DNA of 56,506 nt, counting the filler, from Sphacelaria rigidula (taxonomy: Eukaryota): the NCBI GenBank assembly GCA_964200075.2. It is 5 parts of 5 records of this genome, joined end to end, with 100 filler letters (N's around TTAATTAATTAA, not from the genome) between each part and the next. Parts side by side here need not be neighbours in the genome. Positions count along the whole stretch, not along the records: positions 33,967 to 45,186 come from CAXNAA020005218.1; positions 45,287 to 56,506 come from CAXNAA020005219.1; 3 more parts are not named here. The stretch is one strand, 5' to 3'. Each line of letters begins with the position of its first letter. Positions within the stretch are counted from its first letter, which is position 1. The notes under the pieces were generated by a model. It searched no databases, was not told where the DNA came from, and worked only from the letters and a program-made list of their open reading frames with translations. The position numbers and the translations under genes were made by a program. Positions 36,330 to 55,384 of this stretch are shown piece after piece.

Positions 36330-38230
36330 CCAGAAACACTCATCGGCAAAACTTCACGCCGTTTTGAGGAGTTAGACCCTGAAACTTTGCACAGGTGTTC
36401 TATGCGTCATTACGCAACCTTTCCGAGGTCGAGGTTTCTTTAAATTTTGATTTTTTCACCGTTTTTCCGGGGTCCCAGTTTTTTCGGGGAAACTTCGATC
36501 CAGTCGGACCCCGGTAAAACGTTAACAAAAAATAAATTAAACAGACCTCGTCCGTCCAAAGTTGCGTAATGACCCATAGCACAGTTGTGCAAAATTTCAG
36601 GGTCTAACACCTTAAAACGGCGTGAAGTTTTTCGTGTTCGTGCGATGAACCTTGCCGTGCCACAGTGAAACGGCAAACTACTAGATCTTCGTATCAAAAT
36701 GGCGTTTTTGTGCTTTCTTTGACGTGAATATGAAAGTTCAAGCATCAGTTCATCGAATTTGGCCACGAACCTTCGTGGGGCTCTTCCTCTGGTTTTGCGG
36801 CGACGGAGTATTTGCGAAAAGAATGAAAAAAAGACCGTAGTGCCGGTTTTCCGGGGTCCAAGAATGGACGACTTCGAAAAAACGACTTGGATCCCGTCGG
36901 ACCCCCAAAAACGGTAAAAAAAATCAAGAATTAGAAAACACTCGTTGATCCAAACTTGCGTAATGATTCATAGCACATTTGTACAAAATTTCAGGGTCCA
37001 ACTCCTAATAAATGCGTGAAGATTTGCGCGTTTGTGCGAGGATGTGAGCTTAAAACGTGCAAACTCCTAACTACTTGGTTTGAGTATTAAACATCTTTTC
37101 GGGTGAATTTTACGTCAAGGCAGGACTAAGTGTATAAGATTTTCGAGTTTCTCCGCCAAACTTCGTGCATGTGTTCCTTGGACCATCCCGGGACGCATCA
37201 TGGTATTGTTTTTTCTTTGGGTCTTGCTATTTACGTCAACGTTGACGTAATCTGTTACATCCGTCAATGTTGAGCATCCGTCCCACAAGCCCCGCATGGA
37301 GACAGCAACAAATGGAAAACACTCCCACAGTCTCTAGCTATCGTTCAAGCCATCGCACGGAGCAAACGGACCCGTAACGGATGAGATACATGCTTATGGC
37401 AGAGTGAGTACTCTTGTGGCATGCCACCATGCATCATGCATGTGTCTCATCCGTCACGGGTCCGTTTGCTCCGTGCGATGGCTTGAACGACAGCTAGAGA
37501 CTGTGTGAGTTTTTTCCAAGTGTTGCTGTGTCCATGCGAGGCTTGTGGGACGGATGCTGAACGTTGACGGATGTAACAGATTACGTCAACGTTAACGTAA
37601 ATAGCAAGACCCTTTTTCTTTTGAATCATCCTGTACCGCCTTCCGGGGGTCTTTGTACCGGGACCCCCCGAAGCCGGTAGAGCACAGAGAAACCTTTGAA
37701 CACTTGCCAAGAACTCATTTTTTTCCATTTGGATTATCAATACCTACGGAACTGACAAGTTTGAGGGGGATGTGAGCTTTTCTACGACAGATATAAGGGA
37801 AATCGTCACGGGGCTCCCTGAGTCTTTCCTGCGTGTCATGAGTGGAACTAGACGACGTCAAACTCCACATCACCGAAATATTAAGGTTGCGGATATTATT
37901 CGACCCCGTTGGAACCGTTTTCAAATCCGTTTTTAAATCCGTTTCTCCCGTTAGATTCTTGAGGTGATGACGGTCACTACGATTTGGAGCATGTGGAGAC
38001 TCGGTGGAAATTGGGCTTGGAATTCGTATTTTCAATTTCGGAACAGTTTGAAAGGCGCTCATTGGTCGAGACACATTTTTGTCCATAGCTCCACCGCTAT
38101 AGCCTTAAACAAAAATCCGGTTATGTCACCCTTTTCGTCTGTTCATTGCGGTCAGTATGATACCATGTATGCTACTGTTGGGTGCGTATTGCAGACGGCA
38201 TTTACTGATGACAGCTTTTTTTTTTTTCCG
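36330..38230 (+). repeat. Large non-coding repeat with internal inverted modules, copy A (contains a nested MITE)
   Basis: Colinear with 39820-41330 from aaacactcatcggca to ggcattt.ctgatgaca. Confidence 0.85.
37219..37612. mobile_element. Mutator-like foldback MITE, 394 bp, ~175-bp TIRs, 9-bp TSD TTTTTCTTT
   Basis: Starts GGGTCTTGCTATTTACGT and ends ACGTAAATAGCAAGACCC; TSD at 37210-37218 and 37613-37621; empty site in the paralogous repeat at 40712-40720. Confidence 0.92.
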
Positions 38231-39424
38231 TGAACCAGCCTGTAGTGGGGACACATTTTGAGCGAATGGTAGCTCGTCCGGCAAATCGTCGTCTCACTTG
38301 ATCTACACGCCAAAGATAATTACGCTGCGATTCCGCGTATTCAATTAGTCCCCCCCCCTCGAGTTTCACGTGGACGAATCCTTCCGTAAAGATGCTACAA
38401 GGCAGTCAACACGCACATCCGGCGGTAGGATCGTGGCAAAAAGCACGTGAGCAAAGTATGTGCAACACCTCACGAGGGACTCTACGCCCTACCGGGCTTG
38501 ACACATAGGAAGTAGTGTGGGGCACGTGGGTGAAACCCCGGAAGCTGATGAAGAGGTTGGGTGTTTCCATCACAAGCGCAGCGCAGATTCAATTCGGGTT
38601 GGAAATCTCGTGGATCACTTTGTTCTTGAGCTGCCCCCGTAATGGGGTATGGTATGTTGCGCCACTGTGGTGTGCGCATCTGATGAATATGTTTGCCCCG
38701 TGAAACTTAGCTGTGCGTCCGTCTGGTCTAGACCGCAAAGTTTGTGGACTACGTTGGTCTGCCAGCGCCTTCATGACACACAAAGGCCATTCGTAATATT
38801 TGTGACGATCGGGCGTGACGGGGCGATATCGCGTCAGCGTTGGTAGACATAACCCTACTGTGCTGTGCAAGAAGGGTTGCATGGCGTGGGCGGGTACATC
38901 GTGGACCTGATCAATTCAGTTGCAACGGCACAGCAACCACAACGATTTCAATTTTTTATTTATTGATTGTCGCCACTTTAACTGACCCCCCCAGGGGTCA
39001 TGATCCAGCCGTGGTCTCACGATGGACGTACCCAACAAAACGAAACCGAAAGACGCTCTAAAGGAGAGAAAGAACAGAAAGAAAAAAAAAAGGGGAGCAA
39101 AACGACATGGCAGACTAAGTCGTAACAAAAAAAAAAGGAATGAAAAAAAAGTCAACACAAGCAAAGCACAGAAAGAAATGGTATTTTGCTCAAAACCCAA
39201 GTTTGATTACGCGCACAAAATCCGGAACTCACTCATGACGAAGCGAGACCCCCAACACACGATCGCCCCCGTTTCACCGATTTCGACACTGATTTCCACG
39301 GCGCCGCAACACAGATTCTAACTGCGACGGAGACAGCGCGAAGGGCCCTTCGCGGGAAACGGACTGCGTCAGTGCTGCGCCTGTCAGCGATCAATTGTCG
39401 ACAGTTAGCGGACAGCAATCGAAA

Positions 39425-44941
<5,517 letters not shown>

Positions 44942-45186
44942 TGACGAGGGACAAACACGTCTGTGCCACATGTTGAGTAGGAGAGGTCGAAGTATCACCC
45001 AACGGCCCGTAATGTGTGTGTGTGTGTTGTCGTCCCTTCTATTCTGGACGCCGGTCTACACCTTTCGGTATACGTGGGCGAATCAGCCGGGGTCACACAG
45101 GAGGAAGGTCAACACAGGAGCGTTTTCTTTTTCTTTTTATTTAGTACCCCAGCTTCCTTCTGCGGTACTGGCTTTTGATGTTTATC

Positions 45187-45286
45187 NNNNNNNNNNNNNN
45201 NNNNNNNNNNNNNNNNNNNNNNNNNNNNNNTTAATTAATTAANNNNNNNNNNNNNNNNNNNNNNNNNNNNNNNNNNNNNNNNNNNN
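45187..45286. other. Artificial contig spacer
   Basis: N44-TTAATTAATTAA-N44. Confidence 0.98.
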
Positions 45287-45360
45287 CTCCGAGATTTGAA
45301 CCCACGACCCAACCGTCAGAAGGTTTCGAGGTTACCAACTGAGGCACCGGCGCGACCGGC
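45287..45360 (-). mobile_element. tRNA-derived SINE head (truncated by the contig edge)
   Basis: Reverse strand gccggtcgcgccggtgcctcagttggtaacctcgaaaccttctgacggttgggtcgtgggttcaaatctcggag has an A-box-like (tgcctcagttgg) and a B-box-like (ggttcaaatc) motif but no proper cloverleaf. Confidence 0.75.
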
Positions 45361-46899
45361 TTCTTGAAAGGATCAAGTGATCTGATTTCCATCGTTGGAA
45401 GCGTGAGAATGCGAGTAGCAAAAGTAGTTTGTGTGAGTTTGTTTGAGGAGAGTCGACGCGCTGCGAGTGCTAATCCATTTCGCGAGACTAGAATGCGAGG
45501 CGAAATCGGGGGACAGATAAGTTGATTGATCCCTTGAGACCACGGACTCCTTCTCTTTCACCAACCCACGCGCACAGGTGAAGGCGCGCATGAAACGAAC
45601 GCACAACAGGAGGAGTGTTTTGTTCGCTTTTTGAGCTCTCTCTAATAGCTGCGCACTACTGTACCGTCAAACGCCATATATGCAGATACCACCACGACTG
45701 TCACAACTATCTGCACTGGATGGCGGTGCGCAGATGTTTGTACTGTTGATGTTGCATTTTGCCGTCTTTGGAGAAGTGACAACTGCACTGGCCGTACTGT
45801 GTCCGACAGCGTGAAGTGGAGGTAAAGTTGCCATAGTACAAGCAGTGAAGTAGAGAGGAAACATAACACCACAGCACCATGATGCAACGTGAAATGCAGC
45901 AAGAGGTGGAGACAGCCCAGTCACCATCTGTAACTAGGTTGATCTATGGATCGATTGATTATCGCACTTGATGTGACCCCCCAAGGATCCAGCGTGGCCA
46001 CTCGTACAGTACTAGAATTGCCAGACCAGTACAGCAGTACAGGCGGGATAGTAATACAGACATCTGAGGACCGACGCCCGGATGGGTAGGGTGACTCGTG
46101 TACAGAGTCGAGCTAGGGGACATTGTAGGAGATTNNNNNNNNNNCTTGGGGACACTCTAGGACATTAGGTCGGTGAGGGAACCTTTTCTTTTACTTCCCA
46201 AGTCCGACACTACCTGGGTGGAGGGGCACTCCCACCTTGGTGCCTATCCATAAATTCGCCAGACCATGCCTACCCTCGGGTGGGCATGCCTGACGGGTGG
46301 AGCGACTCGAAGCGCTAAACGAAACTAGAAATAGCGAAGTGCATGGTTTGAGGTTCCTTCCTGTCCTCTGGGGACAAAAAAAAAGAAGAAGTAATACAGA
46401 CATCGGTAGAGTGCGATAATAACGGGCTATCGCAGCGCGGCCACGGAAACATGAACACTACGAAAGCATAGGCAGAGAGCGTGTTGTCAAGGTATTTCGC
46501 AGCAGTAGTGGGAGAGAGCGTCCACCAATTGCAATACATGGACCCAACAAGATCGCAAGATTGTAAAACACCAGAAATGTACCCTGATCGAACAAAGATG
46601 CTATGTATGCTCTTCATCTCTCTCCGGAGAGGCGCTTGACCACCAGAGAGTGGGTGGCCACATAATAATATGTTGGGTGCCGGTGGGCTGTTTCCGCAGA
46701 CAACACGGAGAGGGTCATGAAGCGAGAATCGAAATAAGGAACAAGATATTAATCCGCCAGAAACGCGGGTATGTTCTGTGTTCACGTTCGGAATTGCCGC
46801 TCGGATTCCAGCGTAGGGGAAACTCCGTCCGGAGTGTTTGGAATGCAGGAAAAAACCACCCTCGGAGTGTCGGGACGCGGGGCAGTAAATACCCCAGTT

Positions 46900-47075
46900 C
46901 GTCTACCCAGATCCATGGTTTATCTGTACCTAATTTGAGTACAACACCGAGATTGGAGTATTTGAAGTGGCTGACAGTTCCGAGTGCTCCTAGTGCGCGC
47001 AGAACGCGCTTATGTCGAAATTCGCAGCACAGGCTCCGATTTAAGGTCTGCCAACGCACATTCTGCCTACGAGCT
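46900..47075 (+). repeat. Diverged copy of the telomere-ended repeat family, lacking the hexamer end
   Basis: cagaacgcgctt...cgattta.ggtctgccaacgcaca.t.tgccta resembles 10292-10362 and the reverse of 8585-8660. Confidence 0.6.
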
Positions 47076-47104
47076 GGGCCAGCCGAGAAACGAATTTGTA
47101 GTTT

Positions 47105-47475
47105 GCGGGCCCATTAACCGGCCAATATTTAGATTGGACCCTGAAATTCGGTATGAACAATAAATAGGGCATGATGAGAACAAATAACAGTGCACACAAG
47201 TTTTTTTTCCCATGAGTTGAGGGCATTTTACTGATACCTGAAAACTGATTATTGTCCTCAACTCATGGCGAAAAAAACTGGTGTGCACTGGTATTTGTTT
47301 TTATTCTACCCTATTCATTGTCCATACCAAAGTGATACCAAAGTGATAATTGCCCTTAACCCATGACAAAAAAGAAACCTCGTGTGCACTGGTATTTGTT
47401 TTTATTATAACCTATTCATTGTCCATATAAAATTTCAGGGTCCAACTCTAAATATTGGTCGTACAATGGGCCGTT
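47105..47475. repeat. Imperfect inverted repeat / MITE-like element
   Basis: ccaatatttagattggaccctgaaatt (~47122) versus aatttcagggtccaactctaaatattgg (~47431); the core aaatttcagggtc is shared with the 36330/39820 repeats. Confidence 0.7.
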
Positions 47476-49353
47476 TGGTAACGGGGTCAGAAGAAATTCG
47501 GAACAATATTTAGCAGGCCACTTACCGGCCCACGTTTGGTGTTCGTGTATTGAAAATTTGTGTGGGCCGTGTCTAGGGCATAATTGACAGAACAAAGTGG
47601 GTCAGGTCGATTTTTTTCTTCACCGGTTTAGGGCGTTTTAGTATGGAAACGACCATTTTTTACAACCCCCGAACCTCTCCCGAAAAAGAAATGAGGGCCC
47701 TTTTTTTCATTCTGCATACCTCTGCGGTTCTTTATCCTGAGTTTCCAATCACCATTCTGAAAATTGAGCTGAAAACTTGAGATGAGGCCCAAGAGCAGTG
47801 TTCATTTCTCCTCAAAAGTGCCCCAAAAACGGATACTTTATTTTCAACCCTTTTGGAACTCACAATGGAAAATTGATCATTTGCAATTGACGGTTTTTGA
47901 GCAAGATATGGTTCATGGTCCACAGCTTAGACGCAACAATTTTGGCCCAACGCGTATTTTTCAGACCCGTGCGAGTGACAAGTGGAACAAGAGAAGGTTT
48001 CCTCTTTTCTTGCTGCGGCGAGGTCCAGAACCGTCGGCGTTTTTTTTCTACACTCGTGAGCTCCTTCCCCGGCCACAGTGCGCGGCAAGCCTCTGTGAAG
48101 CATGCTTCCCGCCTGACCTGCACTCTTCGTAGCGTCATAGCAACAAGGGCAACGCCGATGACACATTCGCCATATTTATGAACTGGCAGTGTAATGCAAT
48201 CCCAGGCAATCATCTTTTCATGCCGCCAGGGGTGCTGCGATACTGCCCTGTACAGTGCTGGGTGTGTTTACAGCAGTTTGAGGTAACCTCGACTGCAAAC
48301 TCACGTCATGCACAACATCGCGCTCATGCACGTTCCAACAGCACCATCCCGCCGTTTGAAAAAATGCGTAAAGGCGACGCAGACGCCATGTACCCTGCAG
48401 TTATGCACCGTCACAGTGGTGCGGAGTCTGCCCAGTGCCGTCGCCCCAGGGGTGATGCCTTGCTGCTTCGTGTCGTATCTGTATTATATTTTGAAAATAT
48501 ATCGTATTTTGAAAAAATCTCTGTAAAACGCGAGGCATGCACAGAACCGCGCTCTGCCAAGCACGTGCCGACAACATCATACTGCGGGTTGACTATTTCA
48601 CAACGGCGTAGCGAAAGGCACAGTTGCCCCACCACATCTATACCGCGGGTTGAGCGTTCCCGACCGTTGCACCGGCATACTTCATGCTACATGAGATTCA
48701 TGACGCCGGCTACCGCTATCGTCTCGTGCCGTCTACTCTCGTGGCCGACTTTTCATATGCTTATATTTACCTTGCACGGAGTGTAGCCGCAAGTCAATGC
48801 TGTAACCTACTGTATTTACTGACTGTACTGTTTTTCATCTGGCCTGATTACGGTAGGCGGTGCCCGTTGGCTTCTTCCCGTGTGCATGTATATCGCCTGT
48901 GCGGACGCCAGTGATTACGCCCGCCATGTACCGCCCGCACAACCCACTGTGCCTTCCACATTTGGTGACGAGATTTCGCTGGGTTCAGCCATAGTATGCT
49001 GTATGTACGGTGTGGCTTGGTAAACTCGCCACCCGATGCAGCAGCCCGTCAAAGCGGTGCTTCCCTTATCTACAAATGCTAATATACAAATGTGCCTGGT
49101 TGGACCCTGGAACCCATTGCTGTTTTTTTAATGGAATGTTTCATAGTGGTTTTGCTGATTATTGTCGATGGATACAATTGGACACACTTCATCCGTTGCG
49201 TGGTATGATTGGACAAACCTTACCCAAATTCTCCAGGAAGGACATTCTTCTCCGGTCTTCCATTATAAAAATGGTTGCCGTCGGCCCATTCTGTTTCCAT
49301 GTTTTCTTCTTCGTTAGGGCTTCTCATAATAAGGCGTTTGGCCNNNNNNNNNN

Positions 49354-49378
49354 GTGGGTGGTGGAGGGTGGGTGGGGG

Positions 49379-49416
<38 letters not shown>

Positions 49417-49478
49417 GGTACTCATTTGTTGCTTGCTTTAGTCGTTTGACCATTGACCACGCATCCCTTTCGAGAGGG
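49354..49478 (-). mobile_element. LINE 3' end with long poly-C tail (poly-G on +)
   Basis: Reverse strand tctcgaaagggatgcgtggtcaatggtcaaacgactaaagcaagcaacaaatgagtacca followed by a long C run. Confidence 0.72.
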
Positions 49479-52400
49479 GACAGGAGGGGAGGGTTCCAAA
49501 AGGGTTGAACGAAAAAAGCGAAGAAGCTGTTTCTTTTAGCTTTGTTGTACACCATCGGTTCTCCATACGAGATTTTACAGCATAACTCTCAAAGTCTGAG
49601 ACGCGATATCCAAATTTAATTAATCTAGTGCCTCTGCTCGTCATATATTGATTTTAGTATGGAAAATTGTGTTCGCCATATCTCGAGATGGATAACGAAG
49701 TAGGTGAAGGTGAGGGTATCTATGGCCCCCCCTGTGCTCCAGGGAATGTCCGCACCAAAATTAGTCGTCATCCGCCTTCACCTACTTCGTTATCTGCACA
49801 TCTGGCCAAACATAGTGCAACACCCTCTACACGCGACAAAGTGAAGGTGTATACCTTTTCTGTTCTGAAGCCCAAAAGGTTAGCATGCATGTTACTGCTG
49901 TCTACCTACTTCCATGTCATGGGTTCATGCTGTTCCTTCTGTCTCGTGTTGGCTCCAGTCCCAGGCAGTACTAACAGTAGGCAGTACTGTGCCGATGTTG
50001 GTGGAAAGCACCAAAGTGATACACCGGAATCCTGTGCAACTGTTTGGCTGACAGACGTACTCCTTACATATACGCATTTGTGGCGATTTCGAGTGGGCGG
50101 TCTCCTAGAAACCTCAACACCTTGACCACCCGGAACTCTAGTTGGCTTTTGAGGGGATTCGGAGTGATGGGCAATTTTGAAGGAGATACAACACGTGTTT
50201 GAAAGAAGGCTGTTGCCACGCATATACCGGGTGTCATACTTGATTGTGGATGGGCCACGATGAGCGGAACATTGACAATCGCTCATGAACACTATTTCTG
50301 AAAAGCATAATTTTCGCGGGAACGCTCCAGTTCATAGAGAGGTGAAACTATAATCCTGTTGCACCTCCCTTGTCATTCGTGGACGCAAAACCCATGCTTG
50401 TCTGATCGGATGGAATACAGGCCCGAGCACTCCGAAGAAGGAACAGGTCGGCCTAATCGGTGAGTACTGTATTCTGAGGGGGGTGGCGAATTTACGTAGT
50501 AACGTGAAACTTATGGTCTTGCTCATATTTGAAGGTGTGCAGGAGTGTATTCAGTGCTGCGCGTGGGCCATTTTCTTTAGGTGTAGATAGACGCGTCCGT
50601 ACACGCAGAGCTCGGATCTACAGTTGTCGTGGATCTTCACCGTTGATCCATGTTTCAGGAAGTTGAGCTCATCACCGAGTAGGCACAATCTACTGTGAGA
50701 ATAGCTGGTACTTGTCACAGCAGTTTTAACGGGATAGAGGGCGATGTCATGGTAATGCTCAGGACCAAAGTGAGTAAACAATGATGGGATCGGCAGAAAA
50801 TTGTTGCCGTTGTGATGTACCCCTCTTCTACTCGTATAGCAAACCGGTCTGACCGTGTCCAGGGTCCCTTATATGTCCGGATATGTAAGACGTCACATAC
50901 TCAGAGAGTACTGTCAGATGTTCCGATATACCTTAGTACTAGTCGTCCATCTATTGCAAAAAGTTCGACGCCGTTGCGTTCAGGGCGCGGATGGAGCGGC
51001 GTCAGTCGCGGGAGTCACTTCAACTACGTGCAGAATGTTTCGAGTCTAGCCTTCTCCATGTTTTGTACCCGTTTTTGGACTGCGCACGGACTCTAACATT
51101 TTTCAAATGTTTGAATTGGTTTGGCATATAATACTCCATCAGCGAACTTATTCCAGTGTCTACGAAAGAGTGTTGAGCAAAAAACGGGGAGCATGAAGCT
51201 ATGTTTACCGTTTCGAAACAGCGTCGGGCATAAGTGGGTCTGGTCATCGCGATCGATGGTGAAATGCCGTGGCAAGGTTGTAAAACAAAAACCCAGAAGA
51301 TGCTCTTGGAGTATGCAGTAAAAAAAACTGTTAGTATACGACATGTTTGGCAAACAGGCCTACCGCAATGATCTGCGATTATTTTGGATAGCTTAATGTA
51401 CTGTAGCGCGAAGTGCTAGTGATGGGCTTCAATACCTTCAGGAAGCACGAAACGGAATGCAACATGTGCAACCTGGCGAAATCGTACTGTGATGAATCCG
51501 TATCAGTATTGGCAGAGAAAGCACGCAGTCCCGGGGTGGGGTTGCATGTCGGCAGGAATACGCACCCTTGTGACAAGAAGGAACAGATAAAAGGAGTTTG
51601 GTGCCTTGATTGTGTTGTTGTACATGGTAGCCCAACATGAAGCGTCGATGGCGAAGTCGAACGTGGAAAAACCAAGCGATACGTCCTGCTTGCCCCATCT
51701 GGATATACCGCCCCTCCCATCACCACAGCCGTCATACTAAGTGGGTATAATCGCCTGCGGAAAGTGACGGGCGACGTGGGTGGCGATCACGTAAGCTCCA
51801 AACCCCAGCGATGAGCCTAGCATCATCTGGGTATGATGAAACGCCCCCCAGGTCAGGCTGCTTCTCATAGTCCGAAAAAAGTCACTGGAAAAAGTCGTTT
51901 TGGTCAGTTTCCAGAGAATTTATCAAAACGCGATCTTATAGGGCCATTTTTCATGAAAAAAACTCCCTGAAAGGTGGCGCTTCATCAAACACATTGCACA
52001 CAAGTGTAGGTCAGAGCAACAGTAGCTATGCGTTGTTGTATGTACTGCTTAAACCGTACTGCTGCACCCTACAGCGCTTAGCCGTCGCGACACTACTACT
52101 GTACCAAGTCGGCGGAAGTAAGGGGTGATGCGCCTGTCGTTTCGACCCCTAATATGCCAGTATAAGTCGCTACTGTGCGTGTTGTGTTGTCATCCCATCT
52201 GGACCTGCACGAGATTGCATGTTAGTTTACCGCAGGTGGAACAAGCGCACAATATAAATGATGACCACTACCACCGTCTGCACGCAGGCTAGATGATGGT
52301 CTTGGGCGTACAAACCCTCAGGAAAATTTTTGAACGATGAGGTGGGGTTTTAAAACGAGATTCTCGGCGAAAAGTCACGGAGAAAGTCGTCCGCCCGTAC

Positions 52401-53314
52401 TTCATCCAATGGCTTCCAGAATAATAAGAAGTGGACTCAGTTCAAAGCGTGGCTTGAAACGTGAAGCACCGACAGCGAATATCAACTAAGAGATGAAGCT
52501 CAGTGACACGCCCTGCTCCGTTAAGACATACGCATACGCACCGCTCCCTACCAACGTGAAATATCCTACATTCAATAGTCGAAGTACTAATTCATGACGG
52601 AAGGTGAAGCCTCTTATCATTTACCGCGCCCGACCTGGGACAACTCCGTATCACCCATGTTTATTTGTTATTTTGCTTCATTGCTTTCAAGAGTTTGACC
52701 CCTTGAACACGTTTCACGAAAACTTGCGGATATTTTTCTCAAATCTTGATCACATAAGCTGCATCTAGCGGCGGCAGGCACTAGCTGTGTCCGAGAGCAT
52801 ATCACTCGTCATCCTGGGGATACTTCACTGTTGTGGTCGAAAATCGTAACCCCAGGCAGTGTAGACAATGCGGAACAAGATCAGCAGCAGGCCTCCAAAC
52901 GCTCCCTACGACGTTCGCCTCTTTTCCCCAACTAACCACGAGCTCCCACTTGGACAGTAGAGTTTTGTGGGGGGAAACATCTCATGGTCGCTTCAGTATC
53001 TTGATGTTTTCATACCACCTCGACGATAGTTAAGGTCATCGCCATTAGTCTGCAGCAGGCAAGAATGAGATAGATCGCCCTCATATATACGATAAATACC
53101 GCGCCAGGAGATGACTATCCCCCATCCCTTACCGAACTAAGCACCTCCTGTGTCTATCCGAGTCCGTTATCTTTTTCTTGTGCCCATATCTTATATTCTG
53201 AGTGGATCGACAGGGGTTTCGGAATGTGTTGAACCAGGAGTAGCCCGGATGGCTAAGGGTTCACCCTGTGGTCTCTTCTGTGCACATGGATTTGATGACA
53301 AGCGTGTCACAAAC

Positions 53315-54740
53315 CAGTGTTATTCCTTTTCAATAATATGGAGGGATTTGTGTGGGAGAATATATGTACCTTCTAGTAGCTACTGTCATATTCCACAGTT
53401 TCAATTGTCTCAGACAAGAGTGGAGATCATCATAGGAAGAGGGGTGGGCACTTCCAGCATCAATAGTTCGCTTGACGGGCGGTCTGCGGAGGTGTAAAAA
53501 CACCATCACGCACGAGACCCGTCACAGCACACATCGCCAACGATTGCAACTGAAAAGAGGTGCCGTCCCGGTAGTACACGGCGAAGTCGTGCAGGATTCT
53601 CTACATGCCGGCCCCACCCCGCGCGCACGGATTTCAATTCACACTTGTTTACAGCATATTTGCATGATACTGCTTGCTGTCTGTGTGTACGTGGTGTACC
53701 ACCCCTTGCTCCGCCACATCTTCTACAGCGGTCAGTGTTGCAGCCAAGCGTGCATTTGCCCTCCTAGGTGGTGCACGCAGGATTGAAAGGCCGCCTCTGC
53801 CGCTATAATGCCTTCCTGTATCTTGAGCGGAGCTGCATGGTATCACAGCCGCTATGGCGCGCAAGCCGGCTGAAACAATCCACACCGAGGAGATTTCTCA
53901 ACTCTGTCTTCAAGTGATACTGCGCAAGTCGCATTAGGCAATAGCTTCTATACTATGCACAGTACATTATTTTGAATTGTATACCGACTGTAGAAAGCTC
54001 TTGTCCAGGGTGTAATACTGTACGTTTCGTAATATATGAGGCGGTGAGATCGTGAAATAATCAGCAGCACATGGCCAAAGTAGAAGTGAGGCAATCATCG
54101 AAATATTCATGTGGAAAGCCTCTGCGAAGAAAATCTAAGTTGGTGAGGCTAGAAGAATACCAGTGCAACGCCCACTCCGGCTGCCAGCCTGTTTGCACGG
54201 CCGTCCCGGTAGTGGTGCGACTGTCTGTACCAGGATGTCGCCCCCAGTACCAGGTACGCCGGCAAGGGCCCGTTGCGCTACCCACTGGTCGCGCGACAGG
54301 ATCTTAACCTTCGACGGTCGACCGTTTTGGAGCAGAAACGTTCACCTCCCAACCCTCATATATACAGTAGACCATGAACGATGCTTGTTTGTTGGGTTTC
54401 TTCGAGTGTTCATCCATAACTGGGCGAAGATTGATTATGAGGCCGGCAGGATCCGTTGGAGCCAGCGTGTTCAACTGTCAGTACCCACTATAGTCGTCAT
54501 CAGACAGCTAGGGTGTTGAAGAAACAAAATCCCATGCACAGTGATTATCCATCGTATCGATGCAGACCGGGCCATCAGTGACTTCCTCTGCCGCAACTGT
54601 GACTGTGACTGTGACACCCTCCTCTATTACCAATCTACACATTCTCCAAGTTTCGGCGTCATCTGAAACGAGGTGCAGATTCTCTTCACGCCTAAGCTGC
54701 CGAAACACCGCCTCCATATTATCGAAAAGGAATAACACTG
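53315..54740. mobile_element. Candidate non-autonomous TIR element (30-bp inverted termini CAGTG...CACTG)
   Basis: 53315-53344 and 54711-54740 are reverse complements at 29/30 positions; no TSD seen. Confidence 0.4.
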
Positions 54741-55384
54741 AGACTACTTGTTTCAAGCCTGCTTCAGCAGCTGCTGTCACTCCGTACGTGCAGATGGCCT
54801 CATGTTGTTTGCTGGCCTCAAGTTGACTGCTGCTACTGCTGCTGCAACTTGGTGTGTGCAATCCGTCTCGTCCTAATATTTGTACAAATTGTCTTATGCT
54901 AGACGTACATCGCTGAATGAATGCGCGGGCGATACTCCTCGGCTGGACTCTCCTTGCGGTGCTGTGCCGCTTTATCGTGTCCCTCTCAAGAAATGTTCCG
55001 TCGGTTGAGTTCGAGATTATATCGCCGGCACCCACGTGTCCGATTGCTAGTATCTCATTCGAAAATCCGACGCTATCACAGGCTGGTCCCACACTACGTG
55101 AGACAAGAAATTGTCATCCTGGATCTTTCGGTCGGGGTTTGAGGGAACCATATTTTTGGAAAGGTGCACATGAATTGTTCAAAGATCATCATTGGGGTAG
55201 TTTCCCTTTGTTTTTTTCTACTCGCTTATGTTACTGGCAGTAAATCCGAAAGAAAATCCTGTGTTGTCGGAATAAAAGTAAAGAAAAAAAATCTACGCTC
55301 AAGATGACCTTCAAATTGTCGATTTGCACCAATTTCAATTTTTCACGTCAGAACTCTCCACACCCTGGACAATACAAAACGTGA

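Noticed and set aside
38589..38882. Minus-strand ORF upstream of the rhodanese gene (also 41797-42141)
   Set aside because: No recognisable family motif; consistent with chance or heavily decayed TE sequence.
45287..45360. Functional tRNA gene
   Set aside because: A/B boxes are present but acceptor and anticodon stems do not form; it fits a SINE head.
48178..51735. Several 100-200-aa ORFs in block 5, including the collinear pair 50332-50781
   Set aside because: No motifs, no consistent splice structure, and composition typical of non-coding DNA.
54508..55092. 194-aa ORF with Walker-B-like VLFLFDNME as an NTPase
   Set aside because: No Walker A upstream, and the motif coincides with the 30-bp inverted repeat, so it is probably incidental.
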